Below, in pieces: positions 25,975 to 38,954 of a DNA stretch of 64,000 nt. Position numbers and translations under genes: made by a program. Source of the stretch: Octopus vulgaris (lineage: Eukaryota). A model generated the notes under the pieces. That model was not told the origin of the DNA and did no database searches. It saw only the letters and a list, made by a program, of their open reading frames with translations. Where the stretch lies: positions 32,550,001-32,614,000 of the forward strand of contig OX597828.1 of NCBI GenBank assembly GCA_951406725.2, in the 5' to 3' direction. Numbering within the stretch: position 1 is the first letter of the stretch; every line of letters starts with the position of its first letter.

Positions 25975-28900
25975 AAAGACTTCATATATAAGATAAATTC
26001 CTTTATTTACTGTATGAGATGGAAAGTCTTTGATGATAATAAAGATCTTAACAATATGGTAATTGATTGCCATTAACAAAATTTTAAAAACAGACGATAT
26101 CCACCACCTGACTAACATATGGCCCAATTTTTGAAGATGAACCCCAGAGAATTGTTAAAAATGTAAACTTTCATATATTCCCCCTTAGGAAGAACAAATA
26201 CCTTCAAGAACTGCATACTTTAACTAATGAACTTTTGGGGTTAAGTAGTATTCTGGTTTATGCAGATAACTACTCCATTTACCACTCGCTTCTAAAGAAA
26301 GAGTTCATTTAAAACTATAAGATTACAGATTTAAAAACCCTGAAGCAACTAAACATTCAAGCAAACAAAATTAGGAAAATAAACCGGAACCTTATTAACA
26401 TAAAGCTCCAATAATTATTCTTAAGCACCATAAGTCTAATTTTATTCTAATCCAACTATTACACTTGCATCTCCTTCTAAATCTGATCTTGCTAGAATTA
26501 GTAAATTCATATTAGATAAATATATACCGAAACAGTATAAATGAAGTGATTAACTCATTTACATAAATGCAAAATAAGGATAAAACTAATTAATCCCGAT
26601 AGATATTTCTAATTACTATGCTTCTATAATCCTAATACTAATTAATATGGCGCTGATTCTACAAAAGAAAATTCGGAAGTAACTAGGGATGAAACCTTTT
26701 ATTTTAGTTGCTATAATTACTCTAAATAGGGAATTCCAGAAATAGCAGGGGGTCTATATAGCGATGATGTAAACATGATGTAAACATGATGTATAACATT
26801 GAAAAATTACAGAATTTTTTAAGGTTCTTTAAATATAGATGTATATCTATTACTATAGATGAAGATGACTGTAAACGTCTTAGCCCTTACGTTGGAGATT
26901 AAAAAATGAATTTATAAATCCTTTTATAAATCTAAGAAAAACATAGAATCTATAAATATTAAAAATAATCATTCCATGTTAGCAACGAACTCATTTATAA
27001 AGAACGCTTAGTCTAGAATAAGCAAATTTTCGAAATGTTAAACATCATAATGATTGGCTTAGTAAAAGGAAAAAATGAGAATATTTTCAAACTTTATGAA
27101 GACTACTATAACTTGTTACTGAGAAAAGCGGGATGTAATGATAAAATTGAGTTGAACAAGTCAAATTTTGAATCAGATTTAAATAGTAATTTTAATATGG
27201 CGGACCTAAAATCTACAACTATAAACAAATCTACTTATGACAAATTTAATGATGGAGATTTAAAATCAAATATTCAAGTTGATAAAATAACGAGAGTAGA
27301 TTATTTTAATAGTGAGAATTGAAAAAATTCAACAATTATATTTATAACAAAAGGAAAAATCGTAAGATTGTTGCTAACCGGGTTAAAAAGTCTTGTTCTG
27401 CTAATGGAAATGTGGATGTAGTATTCTCTAATAAAATCTCAGATTCTTTTAATATAAAATCGGCTAAAATATTGAAGAGAAAATAAAAGTAAAATAAACG
27501 CAATGTTTTAAATGGATCAAGATCAGAGAAAATTTACTAGTTCGAAAAACGAGTATAAACATCAAAACTTTGGTCTTAACTCGAAGACTACTTTATATTA
27601 ATCGTTCCATTTCGTAAACAGGTCAATTTCAGTTTTTTCTAAATTGTTTAATATACCAATTTAAGATATTTTTCAAAAAACCACAGATATTCCAAAATAT
27701 TACATATAAAACTTATGCCGATTAAAAATGTTGGAATATCTGTGGTTTTTTGAAAAATATCTTAAATTGGTATATTAAACAATTTAGAAAAAACTGAAAT
27801 TGACCTGTTTACGAAATGGAACGATTAATATAAAGTAGTCTTCGAGTTTTAGTCGTAATATTACACAAACTATAGCAGCACATAATATTAAAATAATATC
27901 GAAATATCAATTAATCGATTACAGTTAGAATAACTTAATAAATTCGAAGCATAATAACGTGAAATGGTATAAATACACCCAAATAGAAAAGAACGGTGAG
28001 AAGTTAAATGTTGTATAAAGGGAAATAACCGAATTTAACATAAATAATAGCGTCAAGTCAAATAGATGTTCAACTAGAAATAGAGCAAAGATAACGTAAT
28101 CTGAAGGAGGAGATAGTAATAGAGAACTTGGCGGAAATGAATTTAATTCTACCATCAACGATCAAATTGAAACTAAATCTGACGGAAATATAAAAGTTTA
28201 TCTTTGCAATTATTCTAAACGGGAATCTTGTTACGTGGAAAATATATGTAAGACTAAAAATGTAATACGTAGATTTATAGTTACGTGTGAGGGTAAGGAA
28301 TTCCTTTACGTCGGTGGGACATAATTAATTTTGAAGAGTAGACAAGCTATTCATTTGAGTTCGTTTAAGGACAAAAATAAAAGGTTCTGAACAAGTCTTA
28401 GCAAATTAATTGGGTCTTTCAAGGACAGTAAGAAGGACTCTATGATTGAAAGGGAGTTCATTTGAACGGCAAAACCATACAAAACTGAAACCAATATATG
28501 TGATCTATGTTTAGAAGAATTTTACAAGATTTTTCACATTTGCATATAATAGATTCTAGCCAGGAGCAAGCATTGTGATGCTTGCACATGACTAAATGTA
28601 CATTTACGAAATACAAATAAGTAATTATCATTTAAACTATACGAGGGTTTGAAGTGATGGACTTAAAATTAAGAACTTGACTGACAACTCTACATCGTAA
28701 AAGAAAATCATTAAACGGCATTACCGACGGATATCAAGTTAGTACTGTGAAGTGACTGCACCGTTTTATAGTAATGTTGACATTACAACGATTACTAATT
28801 GGTGCAGCTGAAACATGTGTTGGTCTTCCAAAGGCAGAATATAATTATGGAAATAAAGTTAATGCTATTGCTACTTCAGAGTAATCCTTATTTATAATAT
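25975..28900 (+). mobile_element. Long decayed Penelope-like element (RT, GIY-YIG, pLTR)
   Basis: SPSKSDLARISKFILDK (about 26470); GGLYSDD (RT catalytic motif, about 26750); LCNYSKRESC...FLYVGGT...TSLSKLI...AKPYK...ICDLCLEE (GIY-YIG region, 28200-28530); degenerate hammerhead-like stem CTGCACC/GGTGCAG then GAAAC at 28755-28815. Boundaries approximate. Confidence 0.85.
27578..27848. repeat. Perfect 118-bp inverted repeat with a 35-bp spacer
   Basis: 27578-27695 is the exact reverse complement of 27731-27848, compared base by base. Confidence 0.97.
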
Positions 28901-28903
28901 TGT

Positions 28904-28943
<40 letters not shown>

Positions 28944-29093
28944 TTCTTACCGTTTTCATCTACCAAATCCAGGGTGCCTGGCAGAGTGACTGAAAGCAAA
29001 ATCATGCGGTGGTCTGGAAACAAGCTTCTTACCACACAGCCATTCCTGTACGTATATCTATATCTATATCTACCTATATATATATATATGTAC

Positions 29094-29444
<351 letters not shown>

Positions 29445-29920
29445 AGTTAAATCCAATTGATTAATTATCTCCATAAAAAACATATAAGTTAATATTTAGA
29501 TAAATAATAAGTACAAAAACTTAAAATATTTCTTTGCAATTTTCTTTTCCTCCCTCTATTGTGGTAAAATTTGGTATATACAAAAATTATTCAAAGAAGT
29601 TTTATCCTATTGGTTATAATTTCTTTCTTTGAAATCTTCTTGATTACCCTAAATTTTAACTTTATACAATAAGACAATTTTATTAGAAATGATCTTTAGA
29701 AATTGATAAACTAGTCTATAAATTAAAACTGGCCCCATAAAAACAAAAAAATCAGTGACAGTCAGAATCTGTAACAATGTATATCTTCTTGGTACCTTTG
29801 TATCGTATATGTTGGAGTGAAAGCAACATGTCCTTTGTCTATCTCCTTAAATTTTTGGAGATTTTAGGTATAATTATACTAAATAATCCATATGTTCTCA
29901 TTTAATTAAATTCTGTTTTC

Positions 29921-30008
29921 GTGCAGCTGAGGATTGCTATGCATTTCAAATTATATAATGATTGCATTGCTCAGTTAAATGGAGTTTCATGAAACGATCG
30001 TACTGCAT
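29921..30008 (+). ncRNA. Minimal type I hammerhead-like motif in a PLE pLTR (element about 29450-30130)
   Basis: GTGCAG-CTGAGGA-...-GAAA-CGATCG-TA-CTGCAT. Stem I pairs and differs from the 13114 copy in a compensatory way; stem II is degenerate. Confidence 0.6.
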
Positions 30009-30126
30009 TACCTCTGGGTATTCTTGTTGCTTATTTTGATCTTAATCACCTTACTTTGAAATTGTATGGATAATACTGTACTAAATTCTGGTGCCTCAAC
30101 TCAAGTACCATATTCATCTGCATCTA

Positions 30127-30175
<49 letters not shown>

Positions 30176-30544
30176 CGAGACAGAGAGAGAGAGAGGTTAT
30201 ATATTTCGACTGTGGAAACTTGAAATCCAAAGCAGATAGCGAACGTCAAATCTGAGAAGGTGCACAATTAACCTACAAAAATATTTCGCTTAATCTGATT
30301 TTGTAAGTAGTCTGTAATTTCCCATTCTATGGAAATACTAACTTTCTTTTTCATTTTGGTTTGTATTTAATGGCCTATATTTTAAAGTTTCAGATGCTTT
30401 TTCGTTCGTCTTTTCGATAGATTGCAAACGAAATAACGGAAATTAAATCTCGTCAAACAGGGAATTGAAACCTGTCACACATTCGAATTACGCTTAACTA
30501 GTAACATTCTTTCTGCACATGCTCGTTCCACTATATTATATATA

Positions 30545-30614
<70 letters not shown>

Positions 30615-31524
30615 TGTGAGTGAGAAAGAGAGAGACAGACAGAAATAAACTTCGAAAAATAGGAAGCAGAAAATATAATATACTGCGTGAAAAAAAAAAC
30701 GAAATTCCTTAATTTTAGATGAGAAAAAAATTGCCACATTATGATTTATTTGGTTTTCCTTATGTAAATGTAGAACTTTTAGAGTGTAAAATTGGAATAT
30801 CTTTAAAGGGTAATTGAAAGAATACTAAGCTGAAATATTCTATCAACATAGAAAAAAAGATGGAATTGTCTGTTATTGTACCTGTGTATGTATTCCCGTT
30901 GATCGAACAAAAATAACACAGTTCTTCGAAATTTTTGAAAATCCCTTTCCCACGCCAACACTAACACCAACACCACCATTACTCCTGATGCGAACCATAG
31001 AGACGGCATCGTCTCCGGAGACTAAATTGCTCAGAATTTCCCGATTTAATTTTCTTTTTTTTTTTTTGCCATCAGTATCTTGCTTTGGCAGAATTTAAAA
31101 CTTGCAAGGAAAACAAACAGATTCTGTTTGAATAAGAGATTAAAAAAATACATGTGAGCCACTTGCGAATAGTCTCCACGAACTGTCAATAAAACTGCTC
31201 TTTTCCTTTTTTAATAGCCACAAGAGAGATGAATATTAATGAACCGATCGCAAATCTGTCTGCATGCCAAACAATTTTCAGATCTAGTTTCAAGAACGCA
31301 CTTCACTAAATGCATAACCAGGACACACATTTTGGTGTTAGAACGAGTTAACGAACAAGTTTCCCTTCAAATTACGTCAGAATATTCTGTTTATAATGTA
31401 AATATTGGCAAATGTAGTGTGGCAAACACTTAAAAGCAGCAGGTTGATCAGTGATCGAATAACTTTGACTCTAGGTCAGATCCACCAGAGTTGACATGGT
31501 CCTAACTACCACTGACATCAAATA

Positions 31525-32784
31525 CAGCGTGTGTAAGGTATTTGAGGACATGCACATTTTCGGCCATTGCTGCATTGTTTGCAAACTCTGTATAATCTTT
31601 ATTTCAGAAAATAATAATGGCAGACACTGAGCTTACTCAAGAAATAAAGAAGCACACTACCACTGTGGTTAATAAGGCTGGGCATAGCGATTTAGAAAAA
31701 TCTCGATTTTTAAAATGTACCCGATCCTTCGTCTACAAAGTTTGTAAGGAGTTAGAGACAGAAGATAGAAACGTATCACCAGTATCAAAGCAAGCATAAA
31801 AAAAACATTCTAAACACTCTGAAATCACAAGAAACCTGAATTTATCCAGCAAGTTCAACGGACCAGAGATTACAATACCGGAGAGACCATGAGGTCAATT
31901 GCAAAACATCTCCATGTGTCAGAAGGAACAGTCAGAAATGTTGTCCAGGAAAATATCAGACATAAGTCTTATGTGATAAGGAAAGGTCGATTAGTCAGAA
32001 AATGCAAATGAAAATCACTACATCAGATCTAAAAGGTTCTTAAACAAACTGAAAAGTGGAGAAGATTTGATTTGGTTTTTCTCAAACGAGAAAAACTTCG
32101 ACAAATATCAAACATTTAACAGAAGAAATGATAGTTGTTTATGTGCATACCTGTCTAAAGTTCCAAGTGTTATGCATACAAATTTTCCGGCAATTGTCAT
32201 GGTTTAACGGGTTGTGAACAATGAGGGATGTATGATCCCCACTTACTTCTTTCCACAATGCCTTAGAATTAACCCTGTTGCCTATACCGAGGTCCTGGAA
32301 ATAATTGTTAACACCTGGATAGGCAGTGTACGCAATAGAAGGCTGTTTGTGTTTCAGTAAGACTCAGCACTAACACACAAGGCTCTAGTAACGCAGTAAT
32401 AGATGGCTTAAAATGTTCTTGATCACATAACTCTTAACATTTGGCCTCGATCTCGATCTAGTGGAATATTGCATGTGGAGCGTAGTTGAGAGAGAGAGAG
32501 AGAGAGAGAACGAATTCAATGAAGACGCCCATAACACCAAAGTTTCTTTAAAAGCTGCTATAGTCAGAGGAATATCCAAAATGAGCCAGGATCACTTGAT
32601 TCGAGCATGTAGATGATTTAGATCTCATGTAGAAGCAGTTGTTGAAGCTGATGGTGGCTTTATTGAATAACATTATCGAAAAGAAGTTTTATTTTCATCC
32701 TCATAGCGTAAAGTTATTATCTGTTATTATAATATCTGTTTATTTATAAACATTAATTTCTCCTTAAATATCTTACGCACCCCG
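31525..32784 (+). mobile_element. maT-like (DD37D) Tc1/mariner transposon, full length but decayed
   Basis: TA|CAGCGTGTGTAAGGTATTTGAGG ... CCTTAAATATCTTACGCACCCCG|TA. Fragments: MRSIAKHLHVSEGTVRNVV (HTH), WFFSNEKNF, VFQ*DSALTH, NIWP, VEAVVEADGGFIE*. An (AG)n expansion lies inside the ORF at about 32490-32508. The DD37D label comes from motif style; the third D region is deleted. Confidence 0.88.
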
Positions 32785-32934
32785 TATTTGATGTTGCAAA
32801 ACAGAAAGAAGTCTAATAACAGTTATTTATTTGCTTGAAAGCTTTATAAGGGAAATGATATAGGTGCGCGCGAGGAGAGGAAATGAAGCGTTGTCATTTT
32901 GTCAAATGTGTTGCAGCTGAAGAAGTTATATTGG

Positions 32935-33310
32935 TTTAAAATTTTTGCACAGAGCTTGGAATTTCGGCAGATGGGATAAGTCAATGACATAGAACCTAGT
33001 GTTCAACTGGTACCCATTTCATCGACCCCGAAGGGATGAAAAGCAATGCTAGAATTTGAAATTAGAACATATAGCCGGACGAAATGCCGCTAATCATTTT
33101 TCCGACGCGCTAACGATTCTGCCACCTCGATGCCTCAGCTGAAGTAATACTATGGGTTTCTAATTTTGACACAAAGCCAGCGCTTCGTGGGAGGTGGGAA
33201 GTCAATTAGATCGAAGCCAGTGCTCAACTGGTACCTATTTCTTCACCTCCGAAACAATTAAATGTAAAGACCAACTCGATGAAATTTGAACTCAGAACTT
33301 AAAGATGGAA
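32935..33310 (-). mobile_element. Two adjacent family-A SINE copies
   Basis: CAACTGGTACC..ATCGACCCCGAAGGGATGAAA..GAATTTGAA..GACGAAATGCCGCTAA; a second similar copy starts at about 33160. Confidence 0.8.
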
Positions 33311-33399
33311 GTAATACAACTAACCATTCCTGGCCGGTTTGCCTGCGATTCTCCCAACTTGCCGCCATAGTTGGTGCCAATATTACAACTTCAGCGACA

Positions 33400-34385
33400 G
33401 TTGTGAGGTAGCAGAATCTTTGGCGTTCTGTGTAATATGCGGCACACTGATCAACAAAAACGGCTCCTGTTGTCAGTCCTTTCTGAAACACCATCTCCAT
33501 CGGTTGAGTGAGATGCAGAGGTTGGCTTGTTCTAGGCTGCATTTTTCTCCCTTACACTTCCTTAGTAACTCATTCTAAGATTCTAATTCTGCGTCAGATA
33601 TCTCAACTGCTTGATCTTTTTCGTGTTAATATTATCAAGTCCGATGGCTTTGTGAGTATTTAAGCTGCCGCTACTGATAGTAAGATTTTCAAAGGTGGCC
33701 GGATTAGTCAACCACGAGCTTCTGGAGATGTTTGACGACCTAACTTTGAGCTTAACTCTTCATTGGTCGATTTTCTGTAGCAACTGGTGCTAACATGTCC
33801 AGCGGTTATGGTATATTGCTGCCATGTTGGGATAAGTGGATCGTTGCTTCATGTCATTTTACCATTTTTCATTATATACGTTGGATCTAACAGATTTTGC
33901 CCATTCTGCTGTCGCTGTTCTGATACGAAGTTATGCGTCTTTCACCCACTTTGATATTACTTTTAGCAAAGCGATCGGATTCATGGAACTGTTGGTATAC
34001 AATACGGTAATTTGAACATGAATGTCAGAAATGTATTGCGTGTGGCTTCCTCTTAATTTTTCCTTGCGAACTGTCTGGTGAACCAGCTCGATGGACCAGC
34101 TTTGTGAATATGTCATAATGTTTTTGGAACCGCTGGGAGACGTTTTATCTTTGTTTCTAGAATTTGAAAACCAAGTCAATTTATTTTTCTCAATGTTAAA
34201 TGTTCTTTGAAATGGAAATGTGGATGGGGTGATTATAGCGTTGTCTGTAATGCCGAGCGCGCAATCATATTCATGCTTAAACTTATGGATAACAAACGTG
34301 ATATCCGGACTCATGTCTGCTTTTCGTCGGACACTGTTGAAAGGATTTCAGTCTCAAAGTAGACACGTTAACGTCGCACACCTGT
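33400..34385 (-). mobile_element. Decayed Ingi/Vingi-like non-LTR retrotransposon fragment
   Basis: TSQPLHLTQ...FQKGLTTGAVFVDQCAAYYT (RT motif VFVDLxAAYDT); upstream FPFQRTFNIEK and LRGSHTQYI resemble the RRFNFKKANW / PRGCRxxYIP linker. Clade assignment is from memory. Confidence 0.75.
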
Positions 34386-34409
34386 CAAATAATATTGATT
34401 TCACATTTT

Positions 34410-34605
34410 AGAACAAGGCCAGCAATTTCGGAGTGGAGGGCTAAGTCGATTACACCGACCCAAGCGTTGAACCGATGTTTACTTTATCCAACCCAAAAGG
34501 ATTAAATACAAAGTCGACCTCGGTGGAATTTGAACTCAGAACATGAAGACGGACGAAATGTCGCTAAACATTTTGCCTGGCGTGCTACCGATTTCGCCGC
34601 CTCCA
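34410..34605 (-). mobile_element. Family-A SINE
   Basis: AAGGCCAGCAATTTC...AAGTCGATTAC...GTCGACCTCGGTGGAATTTGAACTCAGAAC. Confidence 0.85.
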
Positions 34606-35128
34606 CCTGTCAAATAATATTGATAATGTTAATATTCGTATTACCAACGAATGCTACCAAATACTTTGAAGTTGAGCTTTTAACAGTGATAATAATAGTC
34701 GTAGTCTTCGTCTTTGTTGTTTTCTGGTGATGAGCATTTGTGTTAGATTTGAATCAACAGAACGAGCAGCAAATGCGGATTACAGGCGAGAAATACTCCG
34801 CACTTTCTGAAACACTTCAGCTAAACCAATGCGTTAATTCCTTTGTAAGATCTAATGATATTCAAGTGACTTTACAGTGACATACGTGCTGGCATATTTT
34901 AACGATATTAATCGTGCATTTTACTGGAAGGCTAGATATCGTACGGATATTTAACTAACAACGATGTGACTACACTCTTCTGATGGCAGTTAAGCCGTAG
35001 TGCGATAAATAACATAAAACACTCCGTATGATAGCCCTACTGTTTATATAAACCAGAATGTACAAGTACCAGCAGAAAAATATGATCCAAGATGACCTAT
35101 TCCTGATAATAATAGGAAGTTTCAATTA

Positions 35129-36231
35129 TCAGGTCATCGCATAAATTCTGTTCGATTTTACATTTTTTTTAATAATTGAATGAAATTTAATAGTATTTGA
35201 GAAAGTCTAATGGAATTAAAATTATCTGTATGCACTTTTGTACATTTAAACTAATGAGATATTATTTTACAGAATAACAGAATTAAAATTTCTTTGATTG
35301 AAACCCTTTCTAACATGGAAGTTTCCACAGAGCTTTTGAGGCACGTAATACTTTGTGAGTAAAAAAAAAGGAAACTCTACAGCCGATCCAACTCCAAACA
35401 TACACTCAATTTATGGGAAAGAAAGCTTGAATGAAAGAAAGTGCAGAAGAGGGTTTGCAAAATTCAGAGATTTCAACCTTGAAGATGAAATTCGAAAAGG
35501 ACGTCCAGTTGAGTTTGTTGATAAGCTCCTTGAGGCATTACTTGAAGAAAATCCTGCATTATCAGTTGAAGAATTGGCACTAAAGCTTAGTTCAAACCAT
35601 GCAATTTTTCATCGTCATCTTCAACAATTTGGAAAGTTTCCTGATCTCGCAAAATGGGTGTCTCATGAATTGTCGAAAAGCAACCGCAAATCTCGAGTTG
35701 AAATCTGCTCTTCTCTTCATTCTTGCGAACTCATTCCACACTTATTCGATAGACTTGTTACTGGTGATGAAAAATGGATCTCCTATCGAAATGTTAAACG
35801 TTGTAAACAGTGGCTTAGTAAAGCTCAACCAAAACAAGTGAAACGAAAGGAGTGATTTTCATCGGGACAAGGTATGACCCAACACTGCAAAGATCACCTC
35901 ACAAAATATCGGAGAGCTTGGGTGGGAAAAATTCCTCATCCACCTTATTCTCCCGACCTTGCTTCTTCATACTATCATTTGTTTCACAGTTCATCGAATC
36001 ATTTGTGGGACATAATTTTCGCAAGCCAGGAGCAGGTCGAAACTGACATTTCAGAGTTCTTTGTTTTGAAAAGAGCTTTACATTGATGGGATTAAAAAGT
36101 TTGTAAATAGATGGAAGGATGTCATAAATAATCAGGAAAAGTACATTGATGATTAAATTTCAATTAAATATAACATTTGATCACTTGATTTCTTTATTCT
36201 AAATTCGGACAGAACTTATGGGATGACCTAA
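35129..36231 (+). mobile_element. Mariner (DD34D) transposon, same family as 24772-25970, internally deleted
   Basis: TA|TCAGGTCATCGCATAAATTCTG ... CAGAACTTATGGGATGACCTAA|TA. Fragments KWVSHEL, VTGDEKWISYRN, PHPPYSPDLA. Lacks the segment between the first and second catalytic Asp. Confidence 0.95.
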
Positions 36232-36585
36232 TATAGATGCAAAATTAATATGGAACTTTGAGCGACCATTTGACAACAATATCAGCCGTTTTCAAAGCTC
36301 ATATCATATAGAGAGGGTATATTATGTCCGTATATTAATATTTCCGTCCTATATAGTATTTCTTCAACGTTACCTGTAGTTATTTTTGACGCATGTGCGG
36401 GTTCTTAATTTCCGCTATTTTTATTGTACTGTTTCGCATGTCGCATTCATATCCACTATTTTTTCTACATTTTTTCTACATACAAGTCATTTCAAGAAAG
36501 CGAAAACAAAATGAATAAATAATAATAATAAATAATAAAATTCTTGATTGCAGCCCAAGAAATGTTTTCCAATGCATGCATTTGC

Positions 36586-37024
36586 ACAAGACGTTATGTA
36601 AACCTTCTCGAGGAATGTGAAGACGCAGGCTGGAAAGCGGAACATTTTCCAATCGAAGTCGGATGTAGAGGGTTCGTTGGACACAGTGTTAGACGACTGT
36701 TGTTATCGCTAGGCCTAACTCATCGTAAAGTCAATACCATTATGACCGATATCCAATCCACAGTGCAGAAGGCTAGCCACTGGATTTGGTTAAAAAGAGA
36801 CGATGAATGATGGTAAGAAGGATATTGAGCTTTATTTAATAACCAGCTGATCTAGCAAGCGGTGCCTCATATCAGTGAGGAGGGGGCCGGTGCGCATTGA
36901 TGCCGTCGAGAGGTAGGCCCCGAAACAGTGCACATACTCTCCTGATGACCCCATACACTTGCTGGCTTTGGTATGCGGAGTTTTTGACTGGTAGCACTTC
37001 CATGTGCAAGTAGTTTGCAAGACA
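36586..37024 (+). mobile_element. Hero-like (restriction-like endonuclease) non-LTR retrotransposon 3' end, copy 1
   Basis: RYVNLLEECEDAGWKAEHFPIEVGCRGFV...ASHWIWLKR matches the C-terminus of RLE-type Hero elements. About 190-bp structured 3' UTR follows. Confidence 0.85.
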
Positions 37025-38065
37025 TATACACATATTTAGTTGAAGGTTATAGACAATTCTATTTAATGACAGTGCATTAAAAGCATGTTTTATATAGATC
37101 TCGGTGGAATGAATAGCAAATGAGTCAATTTGCATTTAAGCAGCATGCAAATTTAAAGACATATAAAGTAAATATTTTATAGTATTTAGTACGAAAGTTT
37201 CATGTTTCAAATACCAATATTAACACTGATTTCTAACATTCGTAAAAGAAAGATTACAATACAGATTTTAAATTGCGAACATAAAGAAATACAAATATAG
37301 ATACACCAGTGTTTTTAGTTTAGAAACAATAACAAATTCACGAAGAAATTATAACAACGGGGAAAGCAGTATTAGTCCCTTGACAGCTCTGCTTACAACT
37401 TGTCCTATAAGCGAACTGCATTGCAAATTGAGTTCTGTATAAGATTGCGTACCGAATTACCATATCATTAAACATATAATAGATGATCAACTTCCCTGAA
37501 GAGTAAATAGCATATAATAGTTGAAACATGTAAAATGAAGCTGTTGTGTAATCTCTCCTGTTCTACATTGGAAACAAATATACGGGTTATATATGGCTGT
37601 TATAAAACCACTCTCTTTACACTGGCAAAATTTAACGGCGTCTGTAAGTTTATCACACTCTGTAATATTTCATACTGCAATATCGTACAGGAAAAAGAAA
37701 TTGTTGAAATGGCCATTAACGCCATATTTAAAATTTAAGAGACGAATATGAATAATGGAAGGTTTCCTAGCATATTTTTGAAAGTATGAACGGTTATGAA
37801 TATATTTTTAATTAATAGCCATGGGTTATAATCATCGCAGACTGGCAGAAACGGCCACAAGTCATATATTATTTAAAAGTGAAACAATAGTAATAGCAAA
37901 ATAGCGAAGAGAAGAAAAAGAGACGTGCTTCGGTTGAATGGGATATATTACATTTTAGGCTATCATTGTTCTGGTATCACCAAATATTGGTTTCTTAATC
38001 AAGCGCCAGGTTAGATTTTGTAATATAGCAAGGTCAACGACATGCCAGTAGATAATTCGTCGTCG

Positions 38066-38310
38066 TGGCACTCCGTCGGTTACAACGAGAAAACTTCTAG
38101 TTGATCTGATCAATGGAACAGCCTGCTCGTGAAATTAGCGTGCAAGTAGTTGAGTACTCCAAAGATAAGTGTTCCCTTAACGTAGTTCTCAGGGAGATTC
38201 AGCGTGACACAGAGTATGACAAGGATGGCCCTTTGAAATACAGGTACAACCGAAACAGGAAGAGTGAGAGAAAGTTACAGCAGGGTTCACCCCCCTTCCC
38301 CTGCCGGAGG
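38066..38310 (-). mobile_element. Family-B SINE, 5'-truncated
   Basis: Reverse complement of about 48195-48455. Confidence 0.9.
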
Positions 38311-38615
38311 GTATTTCGCCCAGCGTGCTAACGAGTCTGCCAGTTCGCGCTTTTCCTACCAGCTCACCGCCTTAATAATAATATTAATATTATATTTCTT
38401 TATTGCCCACAAGGGGCTAAACACAGAGTAGACAAACAAGGTCAGGCAAAGGGATTAAGTCGATTACATCGACCACAGTACGTGATTGGTCCTTATTTAA
38501 TCGACCCCGAAAGGATGAAAGAAAAATCGACCTTGGCGGAATTTAAACTCAAAACGTTGCGCCAGACGAAATACTGCTAAGCATTTCGCCCGGCGTGCTA
38601 ACGATTCTGCCAGCT
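38311..38615 (-). mobile_element. Family-A SINE head fragment plus a near-complete copy (about 38394-38615)
   Basis: Same body as 1876-2100. Minus-strand tail GCCCCTTGTGGGCAATAAAGAAAT. Confidence 0.9.
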
Positions 38616-38895
38616 ATTAATAAGTATAATATAATGATATTTCTTTTTTAAAATATTGGAACCAATCAGCCACTATCAGACCCTTTATCTCTTTCCTGGA
38701 TAAACAGAAATTACACAAATATATTAAATAATTCCAGGCTAAACGCAGTTATAGTTTTACGATCGTTATCATCACTATTGTCTTCGTCTTCATAAAAATC
38801 GTCAACAGCAGCCAAAAAAATTAATAATAATAATAACACTCACACATACGCACAACAATCTCACACTCCACAGCCACATAACAACAATAGTAGTT

Positions 38896-38954
<59 letters not shown>

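Noticed and set aside
26763-26800. 12-bp tandem triplication (ATGATGTAAAC-like)
   Set aside because: Ordinary slippage at the dead RT motif of the PLE.
27035-27322. 95-aa Asn/Lys-rich ORF
   Set aside because: It lies inside the decayed Penelope-like element and is probably its low-complexity linker, not a host gene.
35355-35855. 166-aa ORF as a functional transposase or SETMAR-like gene
   Set aside because: No proper start, catalytic segment deleted, frameshifts downstream, and it lies within TIRs.
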